The position numbers and the translations under genes were made by a program. Shown here in pieces: positions 56,340 through 64,000 of a DNA stretch of 64,000 nt (its first letter is position 1; every line of letters begins with the position of its first letter). Source of the stretch: Patescibacteria group bacterium (GTDB lineage: Bacteria; Patescibacteriota; Microgenomatia; Levybacterales; UBA12049). The stretch is taken from positions 1,000 to 64,999 of the forward strand of contig JAMCZC010000002.1 in assembly GCA_023485865.1 (NCBI GenBank), written 5' to 3'. The notes below the pieces were generated by a model. The model was given only the letters and a program-made list of their open reading frames with translations. It had not been told where the DNA came from and did no database searches.

Positions 56340-57041
56340 ATGGCGTATAAAGATAGAATCGTAATGTCCATAGGAGGATCCCTCATCGTTCCAAACGGAG
56401 GGATTGACACTAAGTTTCTTAAGGAACTTAATCAATTCGTTAGAAAAGAACTGGCAGAAAATAAAAATCGCCAGTTTTTTTTGATAATTGGGGGAGGAAA
56501 AATTTCCAGAAAATATAGAGACGCCGGAAGAGAGGTAATAGGCCACGAGTTAACAAGAGACGATTTGGATTGGCTGGGAATACACGCAACCAAGCTCAAC
56601 GCGCATCTTGTCCGCACTATCTTCAGGGACATTGCCCACCCCTACATCATTAAACACTACGAAATTATCAGAAAAGCCGAAGAACCGGTTGTTGTTGCCG
56701 CCGGCTGGAAGCCAGGATGGTCAACTGATTACCCAGCGGTTTTACTTTGTGAAGATTATAATGTAAAAGAAATGCTCAATTTAAGTAATGTTGCCCAAGT
56801 TTATGACAAGGACCCAAAACAAAACAAAGACGCAAAGCCGATAAAGAAAATTTCCTGGCCGGATTTTAGAGAATTGGTTGGGGATGAATGGATTCCCGGA
56901 ATGAACGCTCCTTTTGATCCGGTTGCGTCTAAAAAAGCTCAAGAACTTGGTGTTAAAGTGGTAGTTATATCAGGCCACGATTTTGCTAATTTAGAAAAAT
57001 ATTTTAAAGGCGAAGATTTTGTTGGCACTGTGATAGAATAA
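56340..57041 (+). CDS. pyrH: Amino-acid-kinase-fold protein, probable UMP kinase
   Basis: IVMSIGGSLIVP...FFLIIGGGKISRKYR matches the AAK fold of uridylate kinases. Confidence 0.6.
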   Translation: MAYKDRIVMSIGGSLIVPNGGIDTKFLKELNQFVRKELAENKNRQFFLIIGGGKISRKYRDAGREVIGHELTRDDLDWLGIHATKLNAHLVRTIFRDIAHPYIIKHYEIIRKAEEPVVVAAGWKPGWSTDYPAVLLCEDYNVKEMLNLSNVAQVYDKDPKQNKDAKPIKKISWPDFRELVGDEWIPGMNAPFDPVASKKAQELGVKVVVISGHDFANLEKYFKGEDFVGTVIE

Positions 57042-57045
57042 CCTC

Positions 57046-58155
57046 GTGTTAAAAAGTATTTCTCTTCAAAACTTCAGAAGCTATAAGAAGGCAGAATTTA
57101 ATTTCTCAGGCGGCACGACTATTGTTATTGGTCCTAACACCTCGGGTAAAACCAATTTTATTGAGGCTATTTTTCTTCTCTCAACCGGTAAAAGTTTTCG
57201 GACGGATAAAGATACTCAAATGATCTCTTTTAGGGAAGATTTGGCAAGGGTTAAGGCTAGGGTCGGTGATCCTTCGGCAAACTCAGGACAAGTTACGGAA
57301 CTTGAGGTAATAATCACAAACGGGCAAATAGGCGGGAAAACGTCTCAATATAAAAAGTTTCTGGTAAACGGAGTTAGTAAAAGAAGGGTTGATTTTGCCG
57401 AAAATTTAACTGCTGTTTTGTTTTCGCCGGAAGACTTAGAAATTATTGTTGATTCCCCCTCGCTTCGCAGGAAATTCCTGGACAGCGTTTTAGAGCAAGT
57501 TGATAGGGAATATCGGCTAGCTGTTAGTGCATATACAAAGGCCCTGCGGCAAAGAAATGCGCTTTTGGAAAATGCCAGGGAAACGGGGGTTAGGAACGAA
57601 AAACAGTTTGAGTACTGGGATAATTTGGTAATTGAAAACGGGGAGTTGATTACTAAGAAAAGAGAAGAATTTATTAATTTTGTGAATAACGAGGCCAAGG
57701 ATATTTTTGATTTTGTGGCATTTTACGATAAAAGCGTAATTTCAAAACAAAGGCTTCTGCAGTATAAAGAAGCGGAAGTGGCCTCAGGGGTAACCTTAGT
57801 AGGCCCTCATAGAGACGATTTTTCTGTTTCAATGTTCAATCCTTCGACCAGCTCAGGACAAGCAACGACGCATGATATCAAATTTTACGGCTCCCGCGGT
57901 CAGCAAAGATTGACAATTCTGCAGCTTAAAATGCTCGAACTTTTGTTTGTTGAAAAAAAATTAGGGCAAAGGCCGGTTTTAATACTTGATGACATTTTTT
58001 CGGAATTAGACGAAGGACACATAAAGCTTATTTTAGAAATGATTAATCTTCAGCAGACGATTATTACAACAACTCACAAGGAATTTATTCCGGCCAATGT
58101 TCTAAATAAGATGCAAGTCCTGCATTTTTCTAAAGAGCAACAAAAAACAGGATAA
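57046..58155 (+). CDS. recF: DNA replication and repair protein RecF
   Basis: LQNFRSYKKAEFNFSGGTTIVIGPNTSGKTNFIEAI (Walker A). C-terminal signature/Walker B LILDDIFSELD. Contains two copies of the CTCAGGACAAG short repeat encoding SGQ. Confidence 0.8.
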   Translation: MLKSISLQNFRSYKKAEFNFSGGTTIVIGPNTSGKTNFIEAIFLLSTGKSFRTDKDTQMISFREDLARVKARVGDPSANSGQVTELEVIITNGQIGGKTSQYKKFLVNGVSKRRVDFAENLTAVLFSPEDLEIIVDSPSLRRKFLDSVLEQVDREYRLAVSAYTKALRQRNALLENARETGVRNEKQFEYWDNLVIENGELITKKREEFINFVNNEAKDIFDFVAFYDKSVISKQRLLQYKEAEVASGVTLVGPHRDDFSVSMFNPSTSSGQATTHDIKFYGSRGQQRLTILQLKMLELLFVEKKLGQRPVLILDDIFSELDEGHIKLILEMINLQQTIITTTHKEFIPANVLNKMQVLHFSKEQQKTG

Positions 58156-58184
58156 ATGATAAAATTAGCTAAGGAGGAAAAATA

Positions 58185-59003
58185 ATGGAAGAATTTAACG
58201 TTAATGATTTAAAGAAACTTTATGTCCCGGTAAAGGATTCTCATAAAGGACAAAACGGAAAGTTGATGGTTATCGGCGGATCAGTTCTTTTCCACGCCGC
58301 ATCGCTTTGGGCGTTGAATATTGCATCGCGAATTGTCGATATGGTGTTTTATTCTTCGGTTGATTCGAATAACGAAATTGTTCAGAAAGAAAAGCAGGAA
58401 TTTAGAGACGGAATCATTGTTCCAAGAGATAAAATTGAGCATTATATTGACGAAGCGGACGCTATTTTAATCGGTCCCGGCCTTCCCAGAGAAGAGGGAG
58501 TTGAAAAAGGAGACGACGATACAAAACTCCTTACGGAAAGTCTTCTTCAAAAATATCCCCAAAAAAAGTGGGTTATAGACGGAGGGTCTTTGCAGGTAAT
58601 AAATCCTGAAGTTTTGCCAGAAACAACAATAATAACTCCTCACAAAAAAGAGTTTGAAACCCTTTTTTCTTTAGAGCCTGCATTTGACAATGCTGAAAAA
58701 ATGGCGCAAAAATATAACATAACGATACTTTTAAAAGGAAAAGAGGACATTATCTGTAATGATAAAAAATCAATTATCATTAAGGGAGGAAATCAGGGCA
58801 TGACAAAAGGTGGAACAGGCGATGTTTTGGCAGGTTTGGTGGCAGCCTTATATTGCAAAAACGATGCATTTCTATCAGCAAAATGCGCTTCTTTTATTAA
58901 CAAAAAAGCAGGAGGGGAACTTTACAAAACTATGGGGCTATACTATAATGCCTCCGATTTAGCTTTAGAAATACCAAAAGTTATGAAGAAATTTATTTTA
59001 TAA
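58185..59003 (+). CDS. nnrD: ADP-dependent NAD(P)H-hydrate dehydratase (YjeF C-terminal family)
   Basis: GGTGDVLAGLVAAL motif and carbohydrate-kinase fold layout. Confidence 0.7.
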   Translation: MEEFNVNDLKKLYVPVKDSHKGQNGKLMVIGGSVLFHAASLWALNIASRIVDMVFYSSVDSNNEIVQKEKQEFRDGIIVPRDKIEHYIDEADAILIGPGLPREEGVEKGDDDTKLLTESLLQKYPQKKWVIDGGSLQVINPEVLPETTIITPHKKEFETLFSLEPAFDNAEKMAQKYNITILLKGKEDIICNDKKSIIIKGGNQGMTKGGTGDVLAGLVAALYCKNDAFLSAKCASFINKKAGGELYKTMGLYYNASDLALEIPKVMKKFIL

Positions 59004-59021
59004 AGAAAGGAGGAGAATGAT

Positions 59022-59258
59022 ATGAGAGCGCGATGTGAATTACCTAGCGACCCTGCATTACTAGAATCTATACAGATTTGTCACGAAAGGGGAAGGGGAA
59101 GGGTTTATACCGCTGGCTTAGATCCAGAGGTTTTTGCTGACAGACAAATTTTGGGACATGAAAGACATACAAACGGAGCAGTAGAGGCACAGCGTCAAGA
59201 CTTAGATTATCACGGTGGATCAAGCACAGTAGATATAGTAGACAGCTTGGATTTGTAA
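59022..59258 (+). CDS. small hypothetical protein (78 aa)
   Basis: Strong SD AAGGAGG 8 nt upstream of the ATG. GC content is above neighbours. The overlapping reverse ORF 59068..59307 lacks an SD. Confidence 0.4.
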   Translation: MRARCELPSDPALLESIQICHERGRGRVYTAGLDPEVFADRQILGHERHTNGAVEAQRQDLDYHGGSSTVDIVDSLDL

Positions 59259-59260
59259 AT

Positions 59261-59554
59261 TTATTCATTAATTTTTTCGCTAAGTTTTGAAAGTTGGTAA
59301 GTAACAAACACTGCCAATGCAGTTATCGCTACGGCATAAATCAGAAGAGAAATTATTCCGCTATTTGCAGGAAGCCACTTTTTAACGTAAGAATTTACAA
59401 ACTCCTGAATAAGACTGTTCCACGCTAAAGCCGCGACTAAACCAAAACCGCTTGTTGCAAGGGTTAGCATCTGTCTTATAAGTTCAATATGTAATTTCTT
59501 ATCAGCGACTGTTTCTTTTCGGGAATTCTTCGGCATATATTTGATATAATACAA
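59261..59554 (-). CDS. small membrane protein (two TM helices), hypothetical
   Basis: 97 aa; TM segments LATSGFGLVAALAW and ISLLIYAVAITALAVFV. Confidence 0.45.
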   Translation of the reverse strand: MYYIKYMPKNSRKETVADKKLHIELIRQMLTLATSGFGLVAALAWNSLIQEFVNSYVKKWLPANSGIISLLIYAVAITALAVFVTYQLSKLSEKINE

Positions 59555-59640
59555 GATAGAAAGTCAAAATTCAAAGGTTAAAACTCAAAAGTTTAAGTAA
59601 AAGGTCAAAAGTTTTTAATTTTGCCTTTTAACTTTTTATT

Positions 59641-60717
59641 ATGTATCAGCCCAAATTTACCATTACCAATAAAATCCTCAAAAATATCGGCAGTATTGAA
59701 GCCTCAAAAGAAATAATCGATAAAGCTCCGCTTTTACCTTACTACGAAAAAGAATTCAGGCAAGACGCAATTGTCAGAAGTGTTCACTTTGGAACGCACA
59801 TTGAGGGAAACGAGCTTAATCTTTCGCAGGCTGAAAAAGTTTTGGAGGGAGTAGAGATTGCCGCCAGAGAAAGAGATATCCAGGAAGTTATTAATTACCG
59901 GAAAGTAATGGAGTATATAGGAGAATCTAGGATTCAGAATTCCCCAGCCTCGACAAGCGAAGCGGGGCGGGCAGAATTTAAAATAGACGAAGAATTAATA
60001 AAACATCTTCACAAGCTTACTGTTAATAAAATTCTGGAGCCTGAAAAGTGCGGAATTTTTAGAAAAACACAGGTTGTGGTTAAAAATAGCCTTACGGGTG
60101 AAGTTTCGTTTAAACCGCCGATGGCGGTTGCGGTGCCTTTTCAAATTAAAGATTTGCTTTTATTTATTAACACTCCGTCCGAAATCCACCCGGTTTTAAA
60201 AGGGGGGATAGTCCATTACGAATTAGTCAGAATCCATCCCTTTTTGGATGGCAACGGAAGGGTTGCCAGGGTACTTTCAACCTTAATCTTGTTTCAGGAA
60301 GGCTATGATATTAGAAAATTTTTCTCTTTGGAAGAATACTTTGACTCCGACGCCGGAGCATATTATGATGCTTTGCAAAGCGTTTCCAAAAGTGAAGGGG
60401 ATTTGACGGGTTGGCTTGAGTATTTTTCCCTGGGGCTTTCTATAGAGCTTTCCAAAATAAAAGAGAAGGTGGAAAATATTTCAATTGACGCAAAATTAAA
60501 GGAAAAATTGGGGGGAAAACCGCTGCTTTTATCAAATAGACAGTTAAGAATAATTGAATATATTCAGAAAACGGGGTTTTTGCAAAATCAAGCTTTCGGA
60601 AGTCTTTTTCCAATGGTTTCCGAAGATACGATTTTAAACGAATTAAAATCTCTGGTTGCTTCGGGAATTGTAAAAAAACACGGAGTTACCAAAGGCGCGA
60701 AGTACATTATGGCCTAA
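59641..60717 (+). CDS. Fic/DOC family protein (AMPylation-type motif) with C-terminal winged-helix domain
   Basis: Canonical Fic motif HPFLDGNGRVARVL, with the N-terminal helical extension and C-terminal wHTH found in long Fic proteins. Confidence 0.8.
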   Translation: MYQPKFTITNKILKNIGSIEASKEIIDKAPLLPYYEKEFRQDAIVRSVHFGTHIEGNELNLSQAEKVLEGVEIAARERDIQEVINYRKVMEYIGESRIQNSPASTSEAGRAEFKIDEELIKHLHKLTVNKILEPEKCGIFRKTQVVVKNSLTGEVSFKPPMAVAVPFQIKDLLLFINTPSEIHPVLKGGIVHYELVRIHPFLDGNGRVARVLSTLILFQEGYDIRKFFSLEEYFDSDAGAYYDALQSVSKSEGDLTGWLEYFSLGLSIELSKIKEKVENISIDAKLKEKLGGKPLLLSNRQLRIIEYIQKTGFLQNQAFGSLFPMVSEDTILNELKSLVASGIVKKHGVTKGAKYIMA

Positions 60718-60729
60718 AGGCCAATAATT

Positions 60730-60755
60730 AATGATAAATGATTAAGGATTAATGA
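60730..60755 (+). repeat. 26-nt motif AATGATAAATGATTAAGGATTAATGA (copy identical to 28115..28140)
   Basis: Exact 26/26 match, located just upstream of the ligase gene start. Confidence 0.6.
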
Positions 60756-60762
60756 ATAAAAT

Positions 60763-62499
60763 ATGAAGTATAAAGACTTATCAGAATATTTTGAAAAATT
60801 GGAATATACGTCATCCCGTTTGGTGTTGATAGAAATTCTCTCGGAACTATTCAAAGAAACGCCAGGCAGTGAAATTGAAAAAATAGTTTATCTATTACAA
60901 GGAAGGCTGTCGCCTTTTTTTGTACAGGTTGAAATCGGGATGGCGGAAAAAACAGTTGCTCAATCAATTGCCAATGCTTATGGCTCAACAAGAGAGGAAG
61001 TTCTAAAACTTTATCAAAGGTTTGGGGATATGGGATTAGTCGCAGAGCGACTAAATATCAAATATAAAATATCAAATATAAAATATCCAATAGACGTTGA
61101 TGAGGCGTTCAATACTCTTACAGAGATTGCCAATACCAAAGGCGAAGGAACTGTGGAAAAAAGGCAAAAACTTTTATCGGATTTGCTGCAAAAACTCGAC
61201 CCTATTTCCGCAAAACATCTGGTTAGAATTCCTTTAGGCAATACGCGCCTGGGGATTGGTGACCCGACAGTTTTAGACGCCTTAGCAACTGCAAAATTGG
61301 GAGATAAAAGCAACAGAAAACTTTTAGAAGGCGCTTATAATAGAACTTCGGATTTGGGTTTAATCGCAAAGACTTTATGGGAAAAGGGATTAACAGGCGT
61401 TGAAAAACTGCAAGTAAGGGTTGGTGCGCCTATACGTTCGGAATTATGTGAAAGGCTTCCGACTCCTGAAAAAGTAATAGAGAAAATGGAAGAAGTTGAT
61501 GTCCAGTATAAATACGACGGATTTAGAGTTCAAATCCATAAAAAAGGCGACGAAATTAGAATGTTTTCCAGAAACTTGGAAGAAATGACGCATATGTTTC
61601 CCGAGCTTACCAAAGCCGCAAAGAAGCAAATTAAAGCCGATTCGGTAATTTTGGATTCGGAAGCGCTGGCTTATAATCCGCAGTCCGAGGAGTTTTTGCC
61701 TTTCCAGGAAACAACCAAAAGAAGAAGAAAGCACGGTATTGAGGAAATGGCGGGGAAGCTTCCTCTAAAAGCTTTTGTTTTTGACATTTTGTATAAAAAC
61801 GGAAAACAGCTTTTAGACGAACCGCTTAAAAAAAGAATGGAGATTTTGTCTTCAACAATTGCAGAAGACGGCGTTTTAATCAGAACGAAAAACCAGACCG
61901 TAAGGGATGCAAAAACTTTGGGAATTTTGTTGGAGGACGCTATTTCAAAAGGTCTGGAGGGGTTAGTTGTAAAGCGCTTGAAAAGCCCGTACGAAGCCGG
62001 TGGGCGCAACTTTAATTGGGTTAAGCTGAAAAGACACAGTAGCGGCGAATTAAGCGATACAATTGATTGTGTCATTTTGGGATACATTACGGGAAAAGGT
62101 AAGAGAGCGGAGTTCGGAGCAGGAGCATTATTGGTTGGTGTTTACGACGACAAAAAAGACGAATTTGTTACCGTTTCTAAAATCGGCACCGGTCTTACGG
62201 ATGAAGAGTGGAGAGAAGTCCATAAGAGAGCAGACAGAATAAAACTTGATCACAAACCTGCAAGAGTTAACTCACAAATTATTCCTTCGGTTTGGATAAA
62301 ACCGGAAATTGTTATTGAGGTTTTGGCAGACGAAATAACGAGAAGTCCTATTCATACGGCAGGAAAAACAGATGGAGAGCCGGGGTACGCACTTAGATTT
62401 CCGCGTTTAGTATCTTTCAGGAGTTTAGACAAAAAGGCCGAAGACGCAACTTCGGTTTCCGAATTAATAGAAATGTACAAACAGCAGGGCCGAGTCTGA
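60763..62499 (+). CDS. ATP-dependent DNA ligase
   Basis: Adenylation motif I KYDGFRVQIH (KxDG). OB-fold domain motifs EGLVVK and WVKLK. In-frame 7-nt repeat insertion (61053..61088, NIKYKISNIKY). Confidence 0.85.
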   Translation: MKYKDLSEYFEKLEYTSSRLVLIEILSELFKETPGSEIEKIVYLLQGRLSPFFVQVEIGMAEKTVAQSIANAYGSTREEVLKLYQRFGDMGLVAERLNIKYKISNIKYPIDVDEAFNTLTEIANTKGEGTVEKRQKLLSDLLQKLDPISAKHLVRIPLGNTRLGIGDPTVLDALATAKLGDKSNRKLLEGAYNRTSDLGLIAKTLWEKGLTGVEKLQVRVGAPIRSELCERLPTPEKVIEKMEEVDVQYKYDGFRVQIHKKGDEIRMFSRNLEEMTHMFPELTKAAKKQIKADSVILDSEALAYNPQSEEFLPFQETTKRRRKHGIEEMAGKLPLKAFVFDILYKNGKQLLDEPLKKRMEILSSTIAEDGVLIRTKNQTVRDAKTLGILLEDAISKGLEGLVVKRLKSPYEAGGRNFNWVKLKRHSSGELSDTIDCVILGYITGKGKRAEFGAGALLVGVYDDKKDEFVTVSKIGTGLTDEEWREVHKRADRIKLDHKPARVNSQIIPSVWIKPEIVIEVLADEITRSPIHTAGKTDGEPGYALRFPRLVSFRSLDKKAEDATSVSELIEMYKQQGRV

Positions 62500-62518
62500 C
62501 TCGGCAGGGGAAATAAGT

Positions 62519-63931
62519 ATGGAATACGTAGCGGATCTTCATTTACACTCAAAATATTCAAGAGCAGTCTCCCGCGATATGGTTTTGCCGACAATGGCTT
62601 TATGGGCCAAGAAAAAAGGAATTAATATTCTTTCAACCGGAGACTTTACTCATCCGTTATGGTTTAGAGAAATAAAAGATCAGCTTGAAGAGGCGAGCGA
62701 AGGCCTCTTTAAACTCAAATCAGCAATCAGCAACCCGCCAGCTGGCGAGGCAGGTCAGCAATCAGCAATCAGCAAGGATCTGTTGTTTTTATTATCGGTT
62801 GAGATTTCCAGTATTTATTCGCAAGGCGGAAGAGGGCATAGGATACATAATCTGGTTTTTGCACCGAGTTTTGAAACAGCGGAAAAAATAAACAAGGAGC
62901 TTGTCAAAAGAGGGTCTAACTTAGCTTCGGATGGGCGTCCGATAATAGGACTTTCTTCAATTCAACTATTAGAGCTTATTCTCTCTATTGATAAAAACGC
63001 GATTCTTATTCCTTGCCATGCCTGGACGCCGTGGTTTTCTTTATATGGTTCAAGCTCGGGCTTTGATTCAATAGACGAGGCTTTCGGAGGTTATGCAAAA
63101 TATATTTATGGGGTTGAAACCGGTCTTTCAAGCGATCCTTATATGAATTGGCAAATTCCCGAGCTTGAAAAGCGTTCGATTTTATCTTTTTCCGATGCCC
63201 ATTCTCCAATGAAAATGGGAAGAGAAGCGACCGTCTTTGTCCGCAAAGACGGAATTTCCAATTCTCAATTTCCAATTTCCAATGACGATAAGATTTCATA
63301 TCAAGATATAATATCAGCCATAAAAAAAGAAGAATCGGCAAAATTCAAAATTGGATACACAATAGAATTTTATCCGGAAGAGGGAAAGTATCACTACAAT
63401 GGACACAGGAATTGTCAGGTTGTGCAAACACCTGGCGAAACAAAAGAAAAAGGGGCAATTTGTCCTGTCTGCCACCGCCCGCTAACGGTTGGCGTAATGC
63501 ATAGAGTTGAGGAACTGGCAAAAGGAAATGATTGGTTCGGGAACGAAACAATAAAGTCGAATGCAAACGGAGTCAAGTGGATTCTGGACGAAAACGGTAA
63601 ACATCCGCCTTTTGTAAAACTTGTGCAGCTTATTCAAATTATTGCTGAAAGCCTTTCTTCGACGGTATCAAGCCTTAAAGTCATAAACGCGTACGACGAG
63701 CTTTGTTTGAAATTCGGTTCGGAACTTACGGTTTTATTAAAAACTCCGGTTGATGAAATAAAAAAAGAAGCGGGGGAAAAAATTGCGGAAGGCATAGACA
63801 AAGTCAGAAAAGGAGACATAGTTATATTACCCGGATTTGACGGTCAGTATGGAATTGTAAAAATCTGGGATGATAAGAAAGTTTCCGAAAAGCAAACGAA
63901 TCTAGTTAGCCAACTCGGTATTGATTTTTAA
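62519..63931 (+). CDS. PHP-domain protein, endonuclease-Q-like
   Basis: N-terminal ADLHLHSKYSRA (PHP metal-binding His). Internal CPVCHRPLTVGVMHRVEEL zinc-binding cluster. Size and layout resemble the EndoQ/TIGR00375 family. Two in-frame low-complexity repeat insertions. Confidence 0.55.
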   Translation: MEYVADLHLHSKYSRAVSRDMVLPTMALWAKKKGINILSTGDFTHPLWFREIKDQLEEASEGLFKLKSAISNPPAGEAGQQSAISKDLLFLLSVEISSIYSQGGRGHRIHNLVFAPSFETAEKINKELVKRGSNLASDGRPIIGLSSIQLLELILSIDKNAILIPCHAWTPWFSLYGSSSGFDSIDEAFGGYAKYIYGVETGLSSDPYMNWQIPELEKRSILSFSDAHSPMKMGREATVFVRKDGISNSQFPISNDDKISYQDIISAIKKEESAKFKIGYTIEFYPEEGKYHYNGHRNCQVVQTPGETKEKGAICPVCHRPLTVGVMHRVEELAKGNDWFGNETIKSNANGVKWILDENGKHPPFVKLVQLIQIIAESLSSTVSSLKVINAYDELCLKFGSELTVLLKTPVDEIKKEAGEKIAEGIDKVRKGDIVILPGFDGQYGIVKIWDDKKVSEKQTNLVSQLGIDF

Positions 63932-64000
63932 TCGTGGTTGGTTTACTATCAATTTATAAGGAACCCGCCTAAGTTTTCCGTTCGAACCCGTCAGACGGGT

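Noticed and set aside
59068-59307. ORF 59068..59307(-) overlapping ORF 59022..59258(+)
   Set aside because: The plus-strand ORF has a strong SD (AAGGAGG) at ideal spacing and the minus-strand one has none. Only the plus ORF is retained, itself at low confidence.
1-64000. CRISPR arrays, rRNA genes, transposase/IS elements, prophage structural genes
   Set aside because: No direct-repeat/spacer periodicity of CRISPR type was seen. The tandem repeats present are 7-15 nt microsatellites. No rRNA-like conserved stretches. No DDE transposase or phage capsid/terminase-like ORFs recognised.

Overview
This 64 kb window is low-GC (roughly 38-40% by eye), tightly packed and mostly housekeeping genes. 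The gene content suggests a small-genome CPR/Patescibacteria-like bacterium, which is an inference from the listed traits, not a database result. Those traits are: many small membrane or secreted proteins, class II B12-dependent RNR with nrdR, a 5'-3' exonuclease as a separate gene, tRNAs without an encoded CCA, several leaderless consensus promoters, and a TrbC/VirB2-like pilin plus TrbL/VirB6-like and VirD4/VirB4-like proteins.

Main blocks:
1. 1-9.4 kb: putative type-IV-secretion/pilus-like locus. It holds a VirB2-like pilin, a Cys-rich protein fused to a pilin domain, an ATPase-wHTH regulator flanked by two four-helix-bundle genes, a 1238-aa acidic protein, and a VirB6-like polytopic membrane protein.
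2. 9.6-13.1 kb: tRNA cluster carrying all four tRNA-Ser isoacceptors plus tRNA-Arg(GCG), interleaved with a NUDIX hydrolase, a CPC-type P1B ATPase and a histidine phosphatase.
3. 13.8-15.9 kb: comFC, a leaderless small gene, then a tmRNA (ssrA) convergent with smpB. The ssrA call is mine from sequence: GGGGAUG 5' end, G3:U wobble, T-arm, in-frame tag ANRQDYARAYAFA followed by UAA UAA.
4. 16-28 kb: envelope genes, including a SpoIID domain protein, a LytR_C protein, two tandem class-A PBPs and a CvpA-CAP fusion, plus rpiB and rpe.
5. 28-32 kb: pgk and gap separated by two inserted modules. One is a relB/yafQ-type TA cassette flanked by a diverged duplicate of the pgk 3' end; the other is a stand-alone DGQHR (DndB-like/ParB-fold) gene.
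6. 33.5-38.4 kb: nrdR with a NrdR box, nrdJ, a PduO-type adenosyltransferase, then a candidate cobalamin riboswitch upstream of an unknown Zn-ribbon protein.
7. 38.5-42.4 kb: a Q/P-rich small protein plus a T4SS coupling-protein-like ATPase, then tRNA(anticodon UAU) and a Xer-like tyrosine recombinase.
8. 43.9-64 kb: tRNA-Met(CAT), a ~320-nt GC-rich hairpin-dense candidate ncRNA, and murD. tgt follows, with a second insertion cassette (hypothetical, DUF2283 and pRiA4-ORF3-like genes) bounded by a duplicate of the tgt 3' end. Then trpS, ftsH, the 5'-3' exonuclease, a GT4 glycosyltransferase, fpg, pyrH-like, recF, nnr, a Fic protein, an ATP-dependent DNA ligase and an EndoQ-like PHP protein.

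A family of A/T-rich 7-nt tandem repeats is scattered through intergenic regions and also sits in-frame inside several housekeeping genes. No rRNA, CRISPR array or transposase gene was seen.
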